Source: Thermodesulfobacteriota bacterium
Lineage (GTDB): Bacteria; Desulfobacterota; Desulfobacteria; Desulfobacterales; SURF-7
Direction of reading: 5' to 3'
Length of the DNA stretch: 64,000 bases
NCBI GenBank assembly: GCA_049320885.1
Contig: JBMORA010000064.1
Location: forward strand, 1 to 64,000
This document shows positions 28,493 through 37,557 of the stretch, piece after piece. Positions within the stretch are counted from its first letter, which is position 1. Each line of letters opens with the position of its first letter. A program made the translations under genes and the position numbers. Under the pieces are notes generated by a model. It had not been told where the DNA came from, did not search any database, and saw only the letters and a program-made list of their open reading frames with translations.

Positions 28493-28677
28493 CCGTCTTC
28501 CTTTGATTCCTTCCGGTCCTCTATCTGTTCTTTTTTATCGGTTTCGGTGGTGGCTTTTTTAAAATTGCGGATGCCTTTTCCCAGCCCCGCCCCGATTTCG
28601 GGAAGTTTCCCGGCTCCGAAAATAATTAAAATAATGACGAGGATGACAAGAAGCTCCGGCATGCCGATGCCAAACAT
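28486..28677 (-). CDS. tatA: Twin-arginine translocase TatA/E
   Basis: [41 protein letters not shown]. Confidence 0.95.
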   Translation of the reverse strand: MFGIGMPELLVILVIILIIFGAGKLPEIGAGLGKGIRNFKKATTETDKKEQIEDRKESKEDGQ

Positions 28678-28800
28678 ATGCGCCTCCAAAATGTTATCTT
28701 ATTTCCGACCCATGCAGAGGTCTGAAAAAAGAACCTGAAAGATAAAGCCGCCGTCGGACGCCGATGTGACTCGGTTTCCTGCGGACAGCCAGATAAAAAG

Positions 28801-28829
28801 CATATACCACCGGCTATATAGGGTGTCAA
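28801..28829 (-). promoter_or_regulatory. Sigma70 promoter for tatA
   Basis: TTGACA-N17-TATATG. Confidence 0.5.
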
Positions 28830-29023
28830 CAAACCGTCCGTGGGGATAGCGGGGAGGTTGTCGGACGGTTGCTTTTCTCGAAATACCTTGAGAACTTTTC
28901 CGGAATCGACTATCAGTTACTGAACGGGAGAGGGGCGGCCCCCTGGTGGGGCCTCGCACCCCAGGGATAAAATCGATGACGGCCATCACCCTCCGGATGG
29001 ACGAAAGACGGAAAGGTATTCAT

Positions 29024-30106
29024 ATGAGCGCCGAATTCACGGCAAACGGAAATGCAACGCTTATCGGCAGCCTGCCCTTGAAGGACCATCGCGAGGCTGC
29101 CCTGCTGGTGCTGGAACATACCCCCGACATCCCGCTCTGGGTTCAGCTGCCGGCTTATCGGCAGGAAGGCATGATGACGCAGTTTCTGTCCGGCTTTCCG
29201 GGGCTCGTGCTAACGGAAAATCGGACTTACATTGATACCGATGCGGCCACCTTCGAGGAGGACCTGCTGTCTTTTTATGAAGAGTACTTTGCGGTTGCCG
29301 AAGGAAACGGAGATATGGAGCAGTCCCGTTTCGCACTGGCCGGGGATACGGCCCCGGGATTCTTCGAGATGCTGGTTCAACTGGAAAAACAGGCTCGGTC
29401 TCCTCTGGCGTTGAAAGGACAGATTACCGGGCCCTTCACCCTGGGAACCGGGTTGACGGACCAGAACGGCCGTGCGATTTTTTATGACGAAAGGCTTCGG
29501 GACGTGTGCGTAAAAATGCTGGCGATGAAGGCCCGCTGGCAGGTCGGAAAGCTATCCGAATTCGGGCGCCCCGTCCTGATTTTTTTTGACGAACCCGCCC
29601 TTACCGGATTCGGTTCCTCCGCCTTTATCAGCATTTCACAAAGGGAAATAGCGGAATGCTTCCGGGAAGTGATCGAAGCGGTGCATGGCCAGGGTGGGCT
29701 GGCCGGAATTCATGTATGCGCCAATGCCGAATGGTCGCTGGTGCTCGATTCGGCGGCCGATATCGTCAGTTTCGACGCGTATGCGTATTTTGACCGTTTT
29801 TTACTGTATCCGGAGCCATTGAAGCGCTTTGTGAAAAAGGGGGGGATCATTGCATGGGGCATCGTGCCGACCCTGAGTCCGGAGGAGCTGGAAAAGGAAA
29901 CCGTTGATTCCCTGACCGCCATGTGGCATGAAAGGGCCGGCCGGCTGGGCGCGGTCACGGGAATGAGTGCCGATGACGTGCTGTCGTGTTCGTTGATTAC
30001 ACCGGCCTGTGGGACCGGCTCTCTTACGCCCGCCCAGGCGAAACGTGCGCTGCGACTGACGGCGGAAGTGGCGCAGCGGATTCGAAAGCGGTCAAAGGAT
30101 CGATGA
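29024..30106 (+). CDS. mesB: Core (single-barrel, folate-independent) methionine synthase, MesB-like
   Basis: IGSLP, IP-x-W-x-QLP, KGQITGP, DEP, H-x-C (GIHVC), SFDAY, AWGIVPT, ITPACG; 360 aa, about half of MetE. Confidence 0.75.
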   Translation: MSAEFTANGNATLIGSLPLKDHREAALLVLEHTPDIPLWVQLPAYRQEGMMTQFLSGFPGLVLTENRTYIDTDAATFEEDLLSFYEEYFAVAEGNGDMEQSRFALAGDTAPGFFEMLVQLEKQARSPLALKGQITGPFTLGTGLTDQNGRAIFYDERLRDVCVKMLAMKARWQVGKLSEFGRPVLIFFDEPALTGFGSSAFISISQREIAECFREVIEAVHGQGGLAGIHVCANAEWSLVLDSAADIVSFDAYAYFDRFLLYPEPLKRFVKKGGIIAWGIVPTLSPEELEKETVDSLTAMWHERAGRLGAVTGMSADDVLSCSLITPACGTGSLTPAQAKRALRLTAEVAQRIRKRSKDR

Positions 30107-30145
30107 TCCTGAGGATACCATCCATACGTTAAACAAGAGGTGATT

Positions 30146-31000
30146 ATGTCGGAAACCAGTCCAGGCAACAAATTCGCGGGGGCCAATAAATACATTCTGG
30201 ATGATGAACTTGCCCAGATCGTCAATATTTCCATGGCGCTGGAAATGCCGTTGCTGCTGAAGGGGGAACCAGGCACGGGCAAGACCATGCTGGCCCACGC
30301 CATCGCCGAGAATCTGAAAATGCCCCTCATCGTTCTGAACGTCAAATCGAGCATGAAACTGGTGGATGCGTTGTACCAATACGATACCCTGACGCGTCTG
30401 AATGACAGCCGTTTCGGTGATTCCTCGCGGGATGTGAGCAACATCGAGGATTACATCCGCATGGGCAAGATCGGCCAGGCCTTCACGGCCGAGAAGCGGA
30501 CCGTGCTGCTGATCGACGAAATCGATAAGGCCGACACGGATTTTCAGGATGATATGCTCGATGTGCTGGACCAGATGCAGTTCGATATCATTGAGATCGA
30601 CAAAACCATCAGCGCCCGGCATCGACCGGTGATCATCATCACCTCCAATGCCAAGAAGGATCTGTCCGACCCGTTTCTGGGTCGATGCAATTTTCATCAC
30701 ATCGCCTTTCCGGATCCCAAGATGATGCGGAAAATCCTGGGAGTGCATTTCCCGGATATCGACAATACCCTCGCGGATCACGCGGTAACCGCATTTTACG
30801 GGTTGCGTGAACTGGATGCCGTTGAAAAAAGACCCGCCACCCGCGAGCTCATCAACTGGGTTCGGGCATTGAAGGCGGATCCGGATTTTTCTCCCAAGAA
30901 ACTGGCCAAAGGGGAGTTGCCTTACCTCGGCGTTCTGTTCAAAAAAAGCCAGGATTATGCAAGGGCGTTGAACCATGTCAGCCGGCGCAAGCTGTTTTAA
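30146..31000 (+). CDS. MoxR-family AAA+ ATPase
   Basis: GEPGTGKT, LYQYD, LLIDEIDKAD, IITSN. Confidence 0.92.
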   Translation: MSETSPGNKFAGANKYILDDELAQIVNISMALEMPLLLKGEPGTGKTMLAHAIAENLKMPLIVLNVKSSMKLVDALYQYDTLTRLNDSRFGDSSRDVSNIEDYIRMGKIGQAFTAEKRTVLLIDEIDKADTDFQDDMLDVLDQMQFDIIEIDKTISARHRPVIIITSNAKKDLSDPFLGRCNFHHIAFPDPKMMRKILGVHFPDIDNTLADHAVTAFYGLRELDAVEKRPATRELINWVRALKADPDFSPKKLAKGELPYLGVLFKKSQDYARALNHVSRRKLF

Positions 31001-31026
31001 AAGCCGGTTGTGGAAAGCGGCATTCC

Positions 31027-32217
31027 ATGTTCGTCGAATTTTTCTATAAAGTGAGGGAAAGCGGTATACCGGTAAGCCCCACCGCTTTCCTGACGCTCCA
31101 CCGCGCGCTGGAAAGCGGTTTGGTCAAAAGTTTGAATGATTTCTATACGGCTTCCCGATCGATTCTCGTTAAAAGTGAGCGCTATTTCGATTTGTTCGAT
31201 CAAATTTTCGCCCACCATTTCGAGGGCGCGGAACTCCCGGATACCCAGGGAGTCGAGCTGGACGAAATCGCCAAATCCCTTCTGGAGGAGTGGCTCAAAG
31301 ATCCCCGGGAGCTTGCCAGGGCTCTCGGCGTGGATGCTTCCGAACTCAGCAAGTTGACACCGGAAGAATTGATCGACTATTTCAAACAGCGGCTGAAGGA
31401 ACAAACCGAACGTCATGACGGCGGCAGCAAGTGGATCGGTACGGGCGGCACCTCTCCTGTGGGGCACTCCGGGTATCATCCAGGGGGGATGCGCGTGGGA
31501 GGCGTCTCGAGGAACAAATCCGCCGTGAAAGTCGCCATGGAGCGGCGTTACAGGGACTATTCCAAAAGCGGGCCCCTGACCCAGGCCCTGATCGGTGAAG
31601 CCCTGAAACGACTGCGCAACCTGCTTCCTTCCGGACCGAAGGATCAGGTCAATATCGATGAAACGATTTATCGCACCATGAAAAACGCCGGGGAGATCGA
31701 AATCGTTTTCGATCGCAGTCTGAAAGACCGCCTGAAAGTGATCCTGGCCATCGATAACGGCGGATGGTCTATGGATCCCTATATACCGGTGGTCCAGACC
31801 ATATTTGATTACACCCGGGCCCAGTTCAAGGATCTCAAGACCTATTTTTTTCACAACACCATCTATGATACCGTCTGGGAAGACCCCAGCCGTTACAAAA
31901 AGCCGGTCCGGGTGGACGACTTCGCCCGCCGGGATCCGGAAACCAGGCTGATTCTGGTGGGGGACGCCAGTATGGCACCCTATGAGCTGACGGCCCGTGA
32001 CGGTTCGATCTATGTCCATGAGCGCAGCGGCAAAGCGAGCATCGAGCGTCTGAAGTTTATCGCGTCTATATTCCCCCGCAGCGTATGGCTCAACCCGGTG
32101 CCGCCGCATATGTGGAATTACACCCAGACCATTCTGACCATCAGCCGAATTTTCCCCATGTTTGAACTGTCCCTGGACGGACTGGAAAAAGCGGTCAGCC
32201 GCCTCATGGCCAAGTAG
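31027..32217 (+). CDS. vWA-domain (CoxE-like) protein
   Basis: RHDGGSKWIGTGGTSP, DNGGWSM (MIDAS-like), YFFHN, VGDASMAPYEL, VWLNP. Confidence 0.88.
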   Translation: MFVEFFYKVRESGIPVSPTAFLTLHRALESGLVKSLNDFYTASRSILVKSERYFDLFDQIFAHHFEGAELPDTQGVELDEIAKSLLEEWLKDPRELARALGVDASELSKLTPEELIDYFKQRLKEQTERHDGGSKWIGTGGTSPVGHSGYHPGGMRVGGVSRNKSAVKVAMERRYRDYSKSGPLTQALIGEALKRLRNLLPSGPKDQVNIDETIYRTMKNAGEIEIVFDRSLKDRLKVILAIDNGGWSMDPYIPVVQTIFDYTRAQFKDLKTYFFHNTIYDTVWEDPSRYKKPVRVDDFARRDPETRLILVGDASMAPYELTARDGSIYVHERSGKASIERLKFIASIFPRSVWLNPVPPHMWNYTQTILTISRIFPMFELSLDGLEKAVSRLMAK

Positions 32218-32223
32218 AGCGGC

Positions 32224-33534
32224 ATGGCGCGTATTGCCCATCTGATTCGAGAAATGCAGGAACTGGGAGACCTGCTGGCCAAATGCACCCGGTGCGGGAT
32301 GTGTCAGGCGGTCTGCCCGTTGTTTTCCCAGACCGGACACGAGGGCGATGTGGCCAGGGGGAAACTGGCGCTTTTGGACGGGTTGGCGCAGCACCTGCTC
32401 GACAATCCGGAAAAAACCGCGGAGCGTCTGAATAGATGTCTGCTGTGCGGTGCCTGCGAGCGGAATTGTTCCAGCGGCGTGCAGGTGCTGGAAATTTTTT
32501 TGAAGGCCAGGGCCATATTGGCCGGATACAACGGGTTGCCGGCGGCCAAAAAGATGATGTTGAGACGCCTGCTGACCCGGCCCCGGACGTTCGACCGCGT
32601 CATGGCCTGGGCGGCCCGGCACCAGCATCTGTTCCTGAAGCCGGCCGGCGGTCTTTTGGGTGCGTCCTGCGGACGAATCGGGCCGTCCTATCTCACGGAA
32701 CGTCACATGGCGCCATTGGCGGCCGTTCCCCTGCATCGCCGGATCGATTCCCTGGATACTCCCGCCGCTGCAGGCGGCCCGCGGGTGGCTTTTTTCCCCG
32801 GTTGCCTGCTGGACAAAGTTTTCCCGGAAGCGGCGATGGCGAGCCTGAAGGTCCTGCGACACTTCAAGGCGGGCATTTTCATGCCCAAAGACCAGGGCTG
32901 CTGCGGGATTCCAGCGCTTGCCGCCGGCGATGAGGAGTCCTTCCGTCGTCTCGTTCGTCACAACATGGAGCTGTTTGAGGGAGGAGCCTGGGAATACCTG
33001 GTGACTGCCTGCGCCACCTGCACCTTCACCATCAAAAAGATTTGGCCGATGATGGCCGCTCAATTCCCCGCCGCCTTAAGAAAACGGATAGTTCAATTAT
33101 CCGAGAGAGCGATAGATATAAGCCAATTGCTGGTTTCCATCATCGGCCTGCCCCCTGAACCGCCGCCCGATGGGAATGGGATTCCGATAACCTACCACGA
33201 TCCTTGCCATCTGAACAAATCTTTCGGGATCACCGTGGAGCCACGCAGACTGATCGCGGCCAACCCGGTCTATCGTTTGGTGGAAATGCCCCTGGCCGGA
33301 CAGTGCTGCGGCCTGGGCGGCAGTTTCAGTATCGACCATTATGAAATATCCTCGGCGATCGGTGAGCGGAAACGTCAAGGCGTTCTGGCTTCCGGTTGTG
33401 CGGTTGTCGCCACCGGCTGTCCGGCCTGCATGTTGCAACTGATGGATCAGCTCTCCAAATCAGGCCGGGAGATAGCAGTCCGGCACACGGTGGAGATATT
33501 CGCGGAAGGGCTTCCCGGGGGGATTCAGGGATGA
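32224..33534 (+). CDS. GlcF-like Fe-S oxidoreductase subunit (2x[4Fe-4S] plus two CCG domains)
   Basis: CTRCGMCQAVCP, CLLCGACERNC, FPGC, CCG, YHDPCHL, CCG, TGCPAC. Confidence 0.9.
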   Translation: MARIAHLIREMQELGDLLAKCTRCGMCQAVCPLFSQTGHEGDVARGKLALLDGLAQHLLDNPEKTAERLNRCLLCGACERNCSSGVQVLEIFLKARAILAGYNGLPAAKKMMLRRLLTRPRTFDRVMAWAARHQHLFLKPAGGLLGASCGRIGPSYLTERHMAPLAAVPLHRRIDSLDTPAAAGGPRVAFFPGCLLDKVFPEAAMASLKVLRHFKAGIFMPKDQGCCGIPALAAGDEESFRRLVRHNMELFEGGAWEYLVTACATCTFTIKKIWPMMAAQFPAALRKRIVQLSERAIDISQLLVSIIGLPPEPPPDGNGIPITYHDPCHLNKSFGITVEPRRLIAANPVYRLVEMPLAGQCCGLGGSFSIDHYEISSAIGERKRQGVLASGCAVVATGCPACMLQLMDQLSKSGREIAVRHTVEIFAEGLPGGIQG

Positions 33535-33806
33535 CTTGAGGCTTGGGTTCTCACCAGACCTTTTCACAATTTCCAAAGACGGGGGAAAAATTCGGAACAT
33601 AATGGTTTCCTGTCTGCATTTTCGCGCGGTCATTTTTTTATGATTTACAAGTCCGGTGTAAAAGAATAAAGTGACTTCGCCGAGTCGGACCCGTTTCCGA
33701 AAAAGCAAGCGTTAGGGGCTTGGCGATACGGACCCGATGCATATGATAACCACCGGCCCTGTGTGGCGTTCACCCGTTTCCGTCCTTGTTGAAATGAGGA
33801 TAACCA

Positions 33807-34341
33807 ATGCCGATCTCCCAAGTAAAAATCGAAAAAATCCTGTATGCGACCGACTTTTCCGAGAATGCCCGTTTCGCGTTTTCCTATGCCGTCAGTCTGG
33901 CGAATCTGTATGAAGCCAATCTGATCATTCTTCATGTGCTCATGGACGATGCGGACCTGGAAGAAAAGATGGCTGGCTATGTCGGTGCCGATCAACTGGA
34001 GGAGATTAAAAGACAGCAGCTGGAGGATGCGCGGCAGGCCTTGATCGGCAAACAAAAAAAAAAGCGAGACCATACGACGGGTGCTGAACAGTTTTTGCGG
34101 CTGCGTGGCGGGCGGCACAGGAGATCATCCCTGTGTCTGCGATGAAATCATCATTCAGTCGGGCAACCCGGTCGAACAGATTCTTACCCAGGCTGCCAGC
34201 CAGAGGTGTGACCTCATCGTCATCGGCAGCCACGGGCATGGAACCATCGAGAGCAAGCTCATCGGCGGCACGGCCAGACAGGTGCTGGATCAATCCCGAA
34301 CACCCGTGCTATTGGTGCGAATGCCGGGTGACTTGGGGTAA
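33807..34341 (+). pseudogene. Universal stress protein, frameshifted at an A10 run (34054-34063)
   Basis: N-half ILYATDFS...LHV in one frame; C-half GNPVEQI...DLIVIGSHG...GGTARQVL...PVLLV in the +1 frame. Confidence 0.88.
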
Positions 34342-35358
34342 TGGTCCCGCGGCCACATGGTTTTCGGGGAGACTCGCGTCAGGCTTGACGATGAGGGATT
34401 CGAGCGCGAACATCCTGCACAACAGTTTGATGTTACGGTTTTTTTCTCCATGTACGCGGGAGACACTGCGCGGATGTGCCCGGATGACCGCGTGGCCCTG
34501 AATGGATGTGGCGGCCTTCAAGGCCTCCACCGCGAGGTCCAGGAAAATTTCCGAATGTACCAGATGCCCGAATGCGGGATGAAACGGTCCGGCGATCACC
34601 GTTTCCGGCGATAACGTTTCCGATGTCTGCAGTCCCATGCGGGCCACCGGAATCCCTGACTGTTCGAACAGCAAATAGAGCTGTTTCACCAGAGTGACAC
34701 TCGTTTCCAGGGACAGGGGGTGATATGTCCCTTCCCGAACCCAGTCCGCGAGAGGACTTCCGGCGAGCACCACGGTGGGATAAATTCTTACAAAATCCGG
34801 TTTCAGGCGGATCACCTCCCGGGCCGTGGCGATGGAAGCCTCGGCAGAGTCGCCGGGCAGTCCCACCATCATCTGCAGACCGATCCGGTAGTTTGACCGC
34901 TTCAGCAGATCAACGGCCCGGATGGTATCCATGGCGGTATGTCCCCGCTGGGAAAGCCGCAGCACCTGATCATCCATGGATTGGACCCCGAGTTCGACGT
35001 CCGTCACGGAGAAGCGCCGGAGGACTTCCATGGCTTCCGGCCGGATGGTTTCCGGCCTTGTGGAAAAGCGGATGCCGTTGACCTCGCCGGCCTGGATGTA
35101 TTTCTGGGCATATCCCAGCAGGGTCTGAAAGGATACCGGGGCAATTCCCAGGAAATTTCCACCATAGAAGGCGATCTGAACATCGGTGCGATGGCTTCGG
35201 CGATGGGCCAGAAAGGTATCGGCCTGCATCTGAAAATCAGACTCGGAAAGGATTTTCCGGGTTTGTCCGGTGATGGCCGATTGGTTGCAGAAAATGCACT
35301 GATGGGGGCACCCCCTGTGGGGAAGAAAAATCGGAATGATGAAGGGCTTTACGGGCAT
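34309..35358 (-). CDS. Radical SAM protein (Elp3/YhcC-like)
   Basis: GCPHQCIFC, AFYGG, STRP, ELGVQS, MVGLPGD, RIYPT. Confidence 0.9.
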   Translation of the reverse strand: MPVKPFIIPIFLPHRGCPHQCIFCNQSAITGQTRKILSESDFQMQADTFLAHRRSHRTDVQIAFYGGNFLGIAPVSFQTLLGYAQKYIQAGEVNGIRFSTRPETIRPEAMEVLRRFSVTDVELGVQSMDDQVLRLSQRGHTAMDTIRAVDLLKRSNYRIGLQMMVGLPGDSAEASIATAREVIRLKPDFVRIYPTVVLAGSPLADWVREGTYHPLSLETSVTLVKQLYLLFEQSGIPVARMGLQTSETLSPETVIAGPFHPAFGHLVHSEIFLDLAVEALKAATSIQGHAVIRAHPRSVSRVHGEKNRNIKLLCRMFALESLIVKPDASLPENHVAAGPLPQVTRHSHQ

Positions 35359-35398
35359 CGCTGGTTGTTTCCGTGCCGGAGGCCGAAAGGGCTGCAAC

Positions 35399-36094
35399 CT
35401 ATCCGTTTTTCGCTTCCATGCGTTCGAGATATTCCCTTGCCGCGTTCTGTTCGGCGGCTTTTTTGTTTTTCCCGATGCCCATGGTCGTGACATCCCTGAC
35501 CTTCAATTGAACAGTGAAGGTTTTGTCATGGTCCGGTCCGGATTCGCTGACTACCTTGTAATGCGGGGTCACTTTCAGGGAGGTCTGGACCAGTTCCTGA
35601 AGGCGGCTTTTATAATCCAGGTCAACGGCAGCCGGCGACATGGATTGAAAAAGAGTTGCAAAATGCTGCTCGATCAAGCGAAAGGCCACCATGAAACCGC
35701 CGTCCAGATACACGGCGGCGATGACCGCTTCCAGGGCATCCGCCAGGATCGAATTTTTATCATAGCCGCCGGTTTGGATTTCCCCCTTGCCCAGCAGCAG
35801 ATGGGCGCCTATGTCCAGTTTCCGCGCAATGGCCGCTAGCTGCTTTTCGTTCACCAGGCCTGCCCGCATCCTGGAAAGCTCTCCTTCTTTAACTGCCGGA
35901 TGCTGAGCCATGAGGATGTGGCCGGCGATGAGATTGAGCACGGCGTCGCCGAGGAATTCCAGGGTTTCATTGTTTTTGAGATTTCCGGCCGGCTGCTGTT
36001 CATTGATGAAGGAACTGTGGCAGAGCGCCGTCTGCAATAACTGCTTTTGTTTGAACCGGTAGCCAAGGTTTTTTTCCAGACGTTTGATGTCCAT
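35399..36094 (-). CDS. rnc: Ribonuclease III
   Basis: NETLEFLGDAVL, ADALEAVIAAVYLDGG, C-terminal dsRBD (DYKSRLQE, GPDHDK, AEQNAA). Confidence 0.96.
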   Translation of the reverse strand: MDIKRLEKNLGYRFKQKQLLQTALCHSSFINEQQPAGNLKNNETLEFLGDAVLNLIAGHILMAQHPAVKEGELSRMRAGLVNEKQLAAIARKLDIGAHLLLGKGEIQTGGYDKNSILADALEAVIAAVYLDGGFMVAFRLIEQHFATLFQSMSPAAVDLDYKSRLQELVQTSLKVTPHYKVVSESGPDHDKTFTVQLKVRDVTTMGIGKNKKAAEQNAAREYLERMEAKNG

Positions 36095-36098
36095 TGGC

Positions 36099-37010
36099 TT
36101 AAACGCCTCCGTTCGGGCGGGTGCGCCGGATGGAGGCAATGGCGTTCATGAGTTTCTCGTACAATTCAAACGGTACGTTCAGGGTTCCGTCTCCCGTGCC
36201 CATATCAATATCGTCCTGCAACGCACCGTGGAAATCGCTTCCACCCGTCAACAGCAAGCCATGGCGTTCCGCCAGGGCAATGAACGTGTCGGTATGCATG
36301 GGTGAATGGGCTGGATAATACACTTCAAGCCCTTCTAGTCCCCAGGCGGTCAACTGGTCAATCAGTATCTCCATCTCGTTGCCCGCGGGTTCGGTTTTCA
36401 GCAGTCCCGGATGGGCCAGCACGGCGATTCCCCCGGCGTCCCGGATGATCCGGATGGCGTCCGCGCAGGGGATGCGGTATTTGTCTACATACCCCGGCTT
36501 GCCCTTTCCCAGATAGCGATCAAAGGCCTCATCAATTGTCGCTACAATCCCTTTGGCCACCATGAGGCGGGCGATGTGCGGCCTGCCCAGCTGTCCGTCG
36601 CCGGTTTCCAACCGGACCTCTTCCATGGAAAGATGGATCCCGATTTTTTTCAGGCGAGATAGAATCTCCGGGTTGCGATTTTTTCTGGCTTCCTGAAGTG
36701 TTGACAGGGCGGTGTTCAGGGCGGCATCTTCCAGGCGGAACCCATACCCGAGAATATGCAGGCTGCCTTTATGCGGCAGAAGGGCAGGGGGTTCGGTACT
36801 GATTTCAACACCGCTGAGCAATTTGAGCCGGGGGAGGGGGGCATGCCGGAACGCTTCCCGACAACCTTCGATGGCGTCATGGTCGGTTATGGCGATGGCG
36901 CCTAAACCCAGCTGCTCAGCCCGGCGGATCAGCTGAAGAGGCGTGAATGTTCCGTCCGAGGCGGTGGAATGGAGGTGTAGATCGATCCTCACAATCGCGT
37001 CATAACCCAA
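36099..37010 (-). CDS. PHP-domain phosphoesterase (TrpH/YciV-like)
   Basis: DLHLHSTASDG, ITDHD, GRPHIA, LAHP, GGSDFHG. Confidence 0.92.
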   Translation of the reverse strand: MGYDAIVRIDLHLHSTASDGTFTPLQLIRRAEQLGLGAIAITDHDAIEGCREAFRHAPLPRLKLLSGVEISTEPPALLPHKGSLHILGYGFRLEDAALNTALSTLQEARKNRNPEILSRLKKIGIHLSMEEVRLETGDGQLGRPHIARLMVAKGIVATIDEAFDRYLGKGKPGYVDKYRIPCADAIRIIRDAGGIAVLAHPGLLKTEPAGNEMEILIDQLTAWGLEGLEVYYPAHSPMHTDTFIALAERHGLLLTGGSDFHGALQDDIDMGTGDGTLNVPFELYEKLMNAIASIRRTRPNGGV

Positions 37011-37362
37011 GGGCTTTTTCCATGGCCTCTTCTTTGGTTTTACACTCGATGCATTGGGTGGTCACCGGTCTGGCCTTTAATCGCTCAATACTGATATCTT
37101 CGCCACAGGTCTCGCAAATTCCATATGTTCCGGCTTCGATGCGCTCCAGGGCCTGGGTGATTTTTTTAATGAGTTTGTTCTCTCGATCCCGGATACGAAG
37201 CATGAAATTGCGGTTGGATTCGTGGGACGCCCTGTCCGTGGGGTCCGGGAAACTTTCTTTCGATGTGATCATGCCCGAAACCGTATCATCCGCCTGGCTC
37301 ATCAGGTCCTCAAGCCTTTTGGTCAGAAGATCCTTGAAAAATTGAATTTCCTTTTTTTTCAT
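37000..37362 (-). CDS. dksA: RNA polymerase-binding protein DksA
   Basis: DPTDRA tip, LRIRDRE, C4 zinc finger (CETC...RLKARP...CIEC). Confidence 0.95.
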   Translation of the reverse strand: MKKKEIQFFKDLLTKRLEDLMSQADDTVSGMITSKESFPDPTDRASHESNRNFMLRIRDRENKLIKKITQALERIEAGTYGICETCGEDISIERLKARPVTTQCIECKTKEEAMEKALGL

Positions 37363-37557
37363 GAGTCCTTTCCCGTATAGAATGAGGATCGTTGGCGACT
37401 TTTGAAAAGTCAACGGTAACAAGTTTCTGCGGCTTTGTAAAGAGCAAATTTGTGAATAAATTAAGGGACATTTTTATGGGGTTGCCCGGCCTGGAGAAGG
37501 TTTTCGGCGTGTGCGCGACACGGTTTTTACGGAGCCGGGTCGTTAGCCGCAACGGAC

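Noticed and set aside
28925..28995. Fluoride riboswitch (GATGAC motif)
   Set aside because: The 5' GGNGATGG...TCNCC stem and pseudoknot complement do not match, and the downstream gene is not a typical fluoride gene.
30997..33063. 688-aa minus-strand ORF (likewise 18992-20101, 53095-54156, 60228-61268)
   Set aside because: Each lies opposite a clearly identifiable gene and reads as non-protein-like shadow sequence.
33644..33662. TTTACA-N7-TGTAAA palindrome upstream of the USP gene
   Set aside because: A single 6-bp-arm palindrome in AT-rich DNA could arise by chance; no second copy seen.
35945..35975. RNase III signature variant NETLEFLGD as an inactive enzyme
   Set aside because: The catalytic acidic residues (E..D and D..E) are all present.
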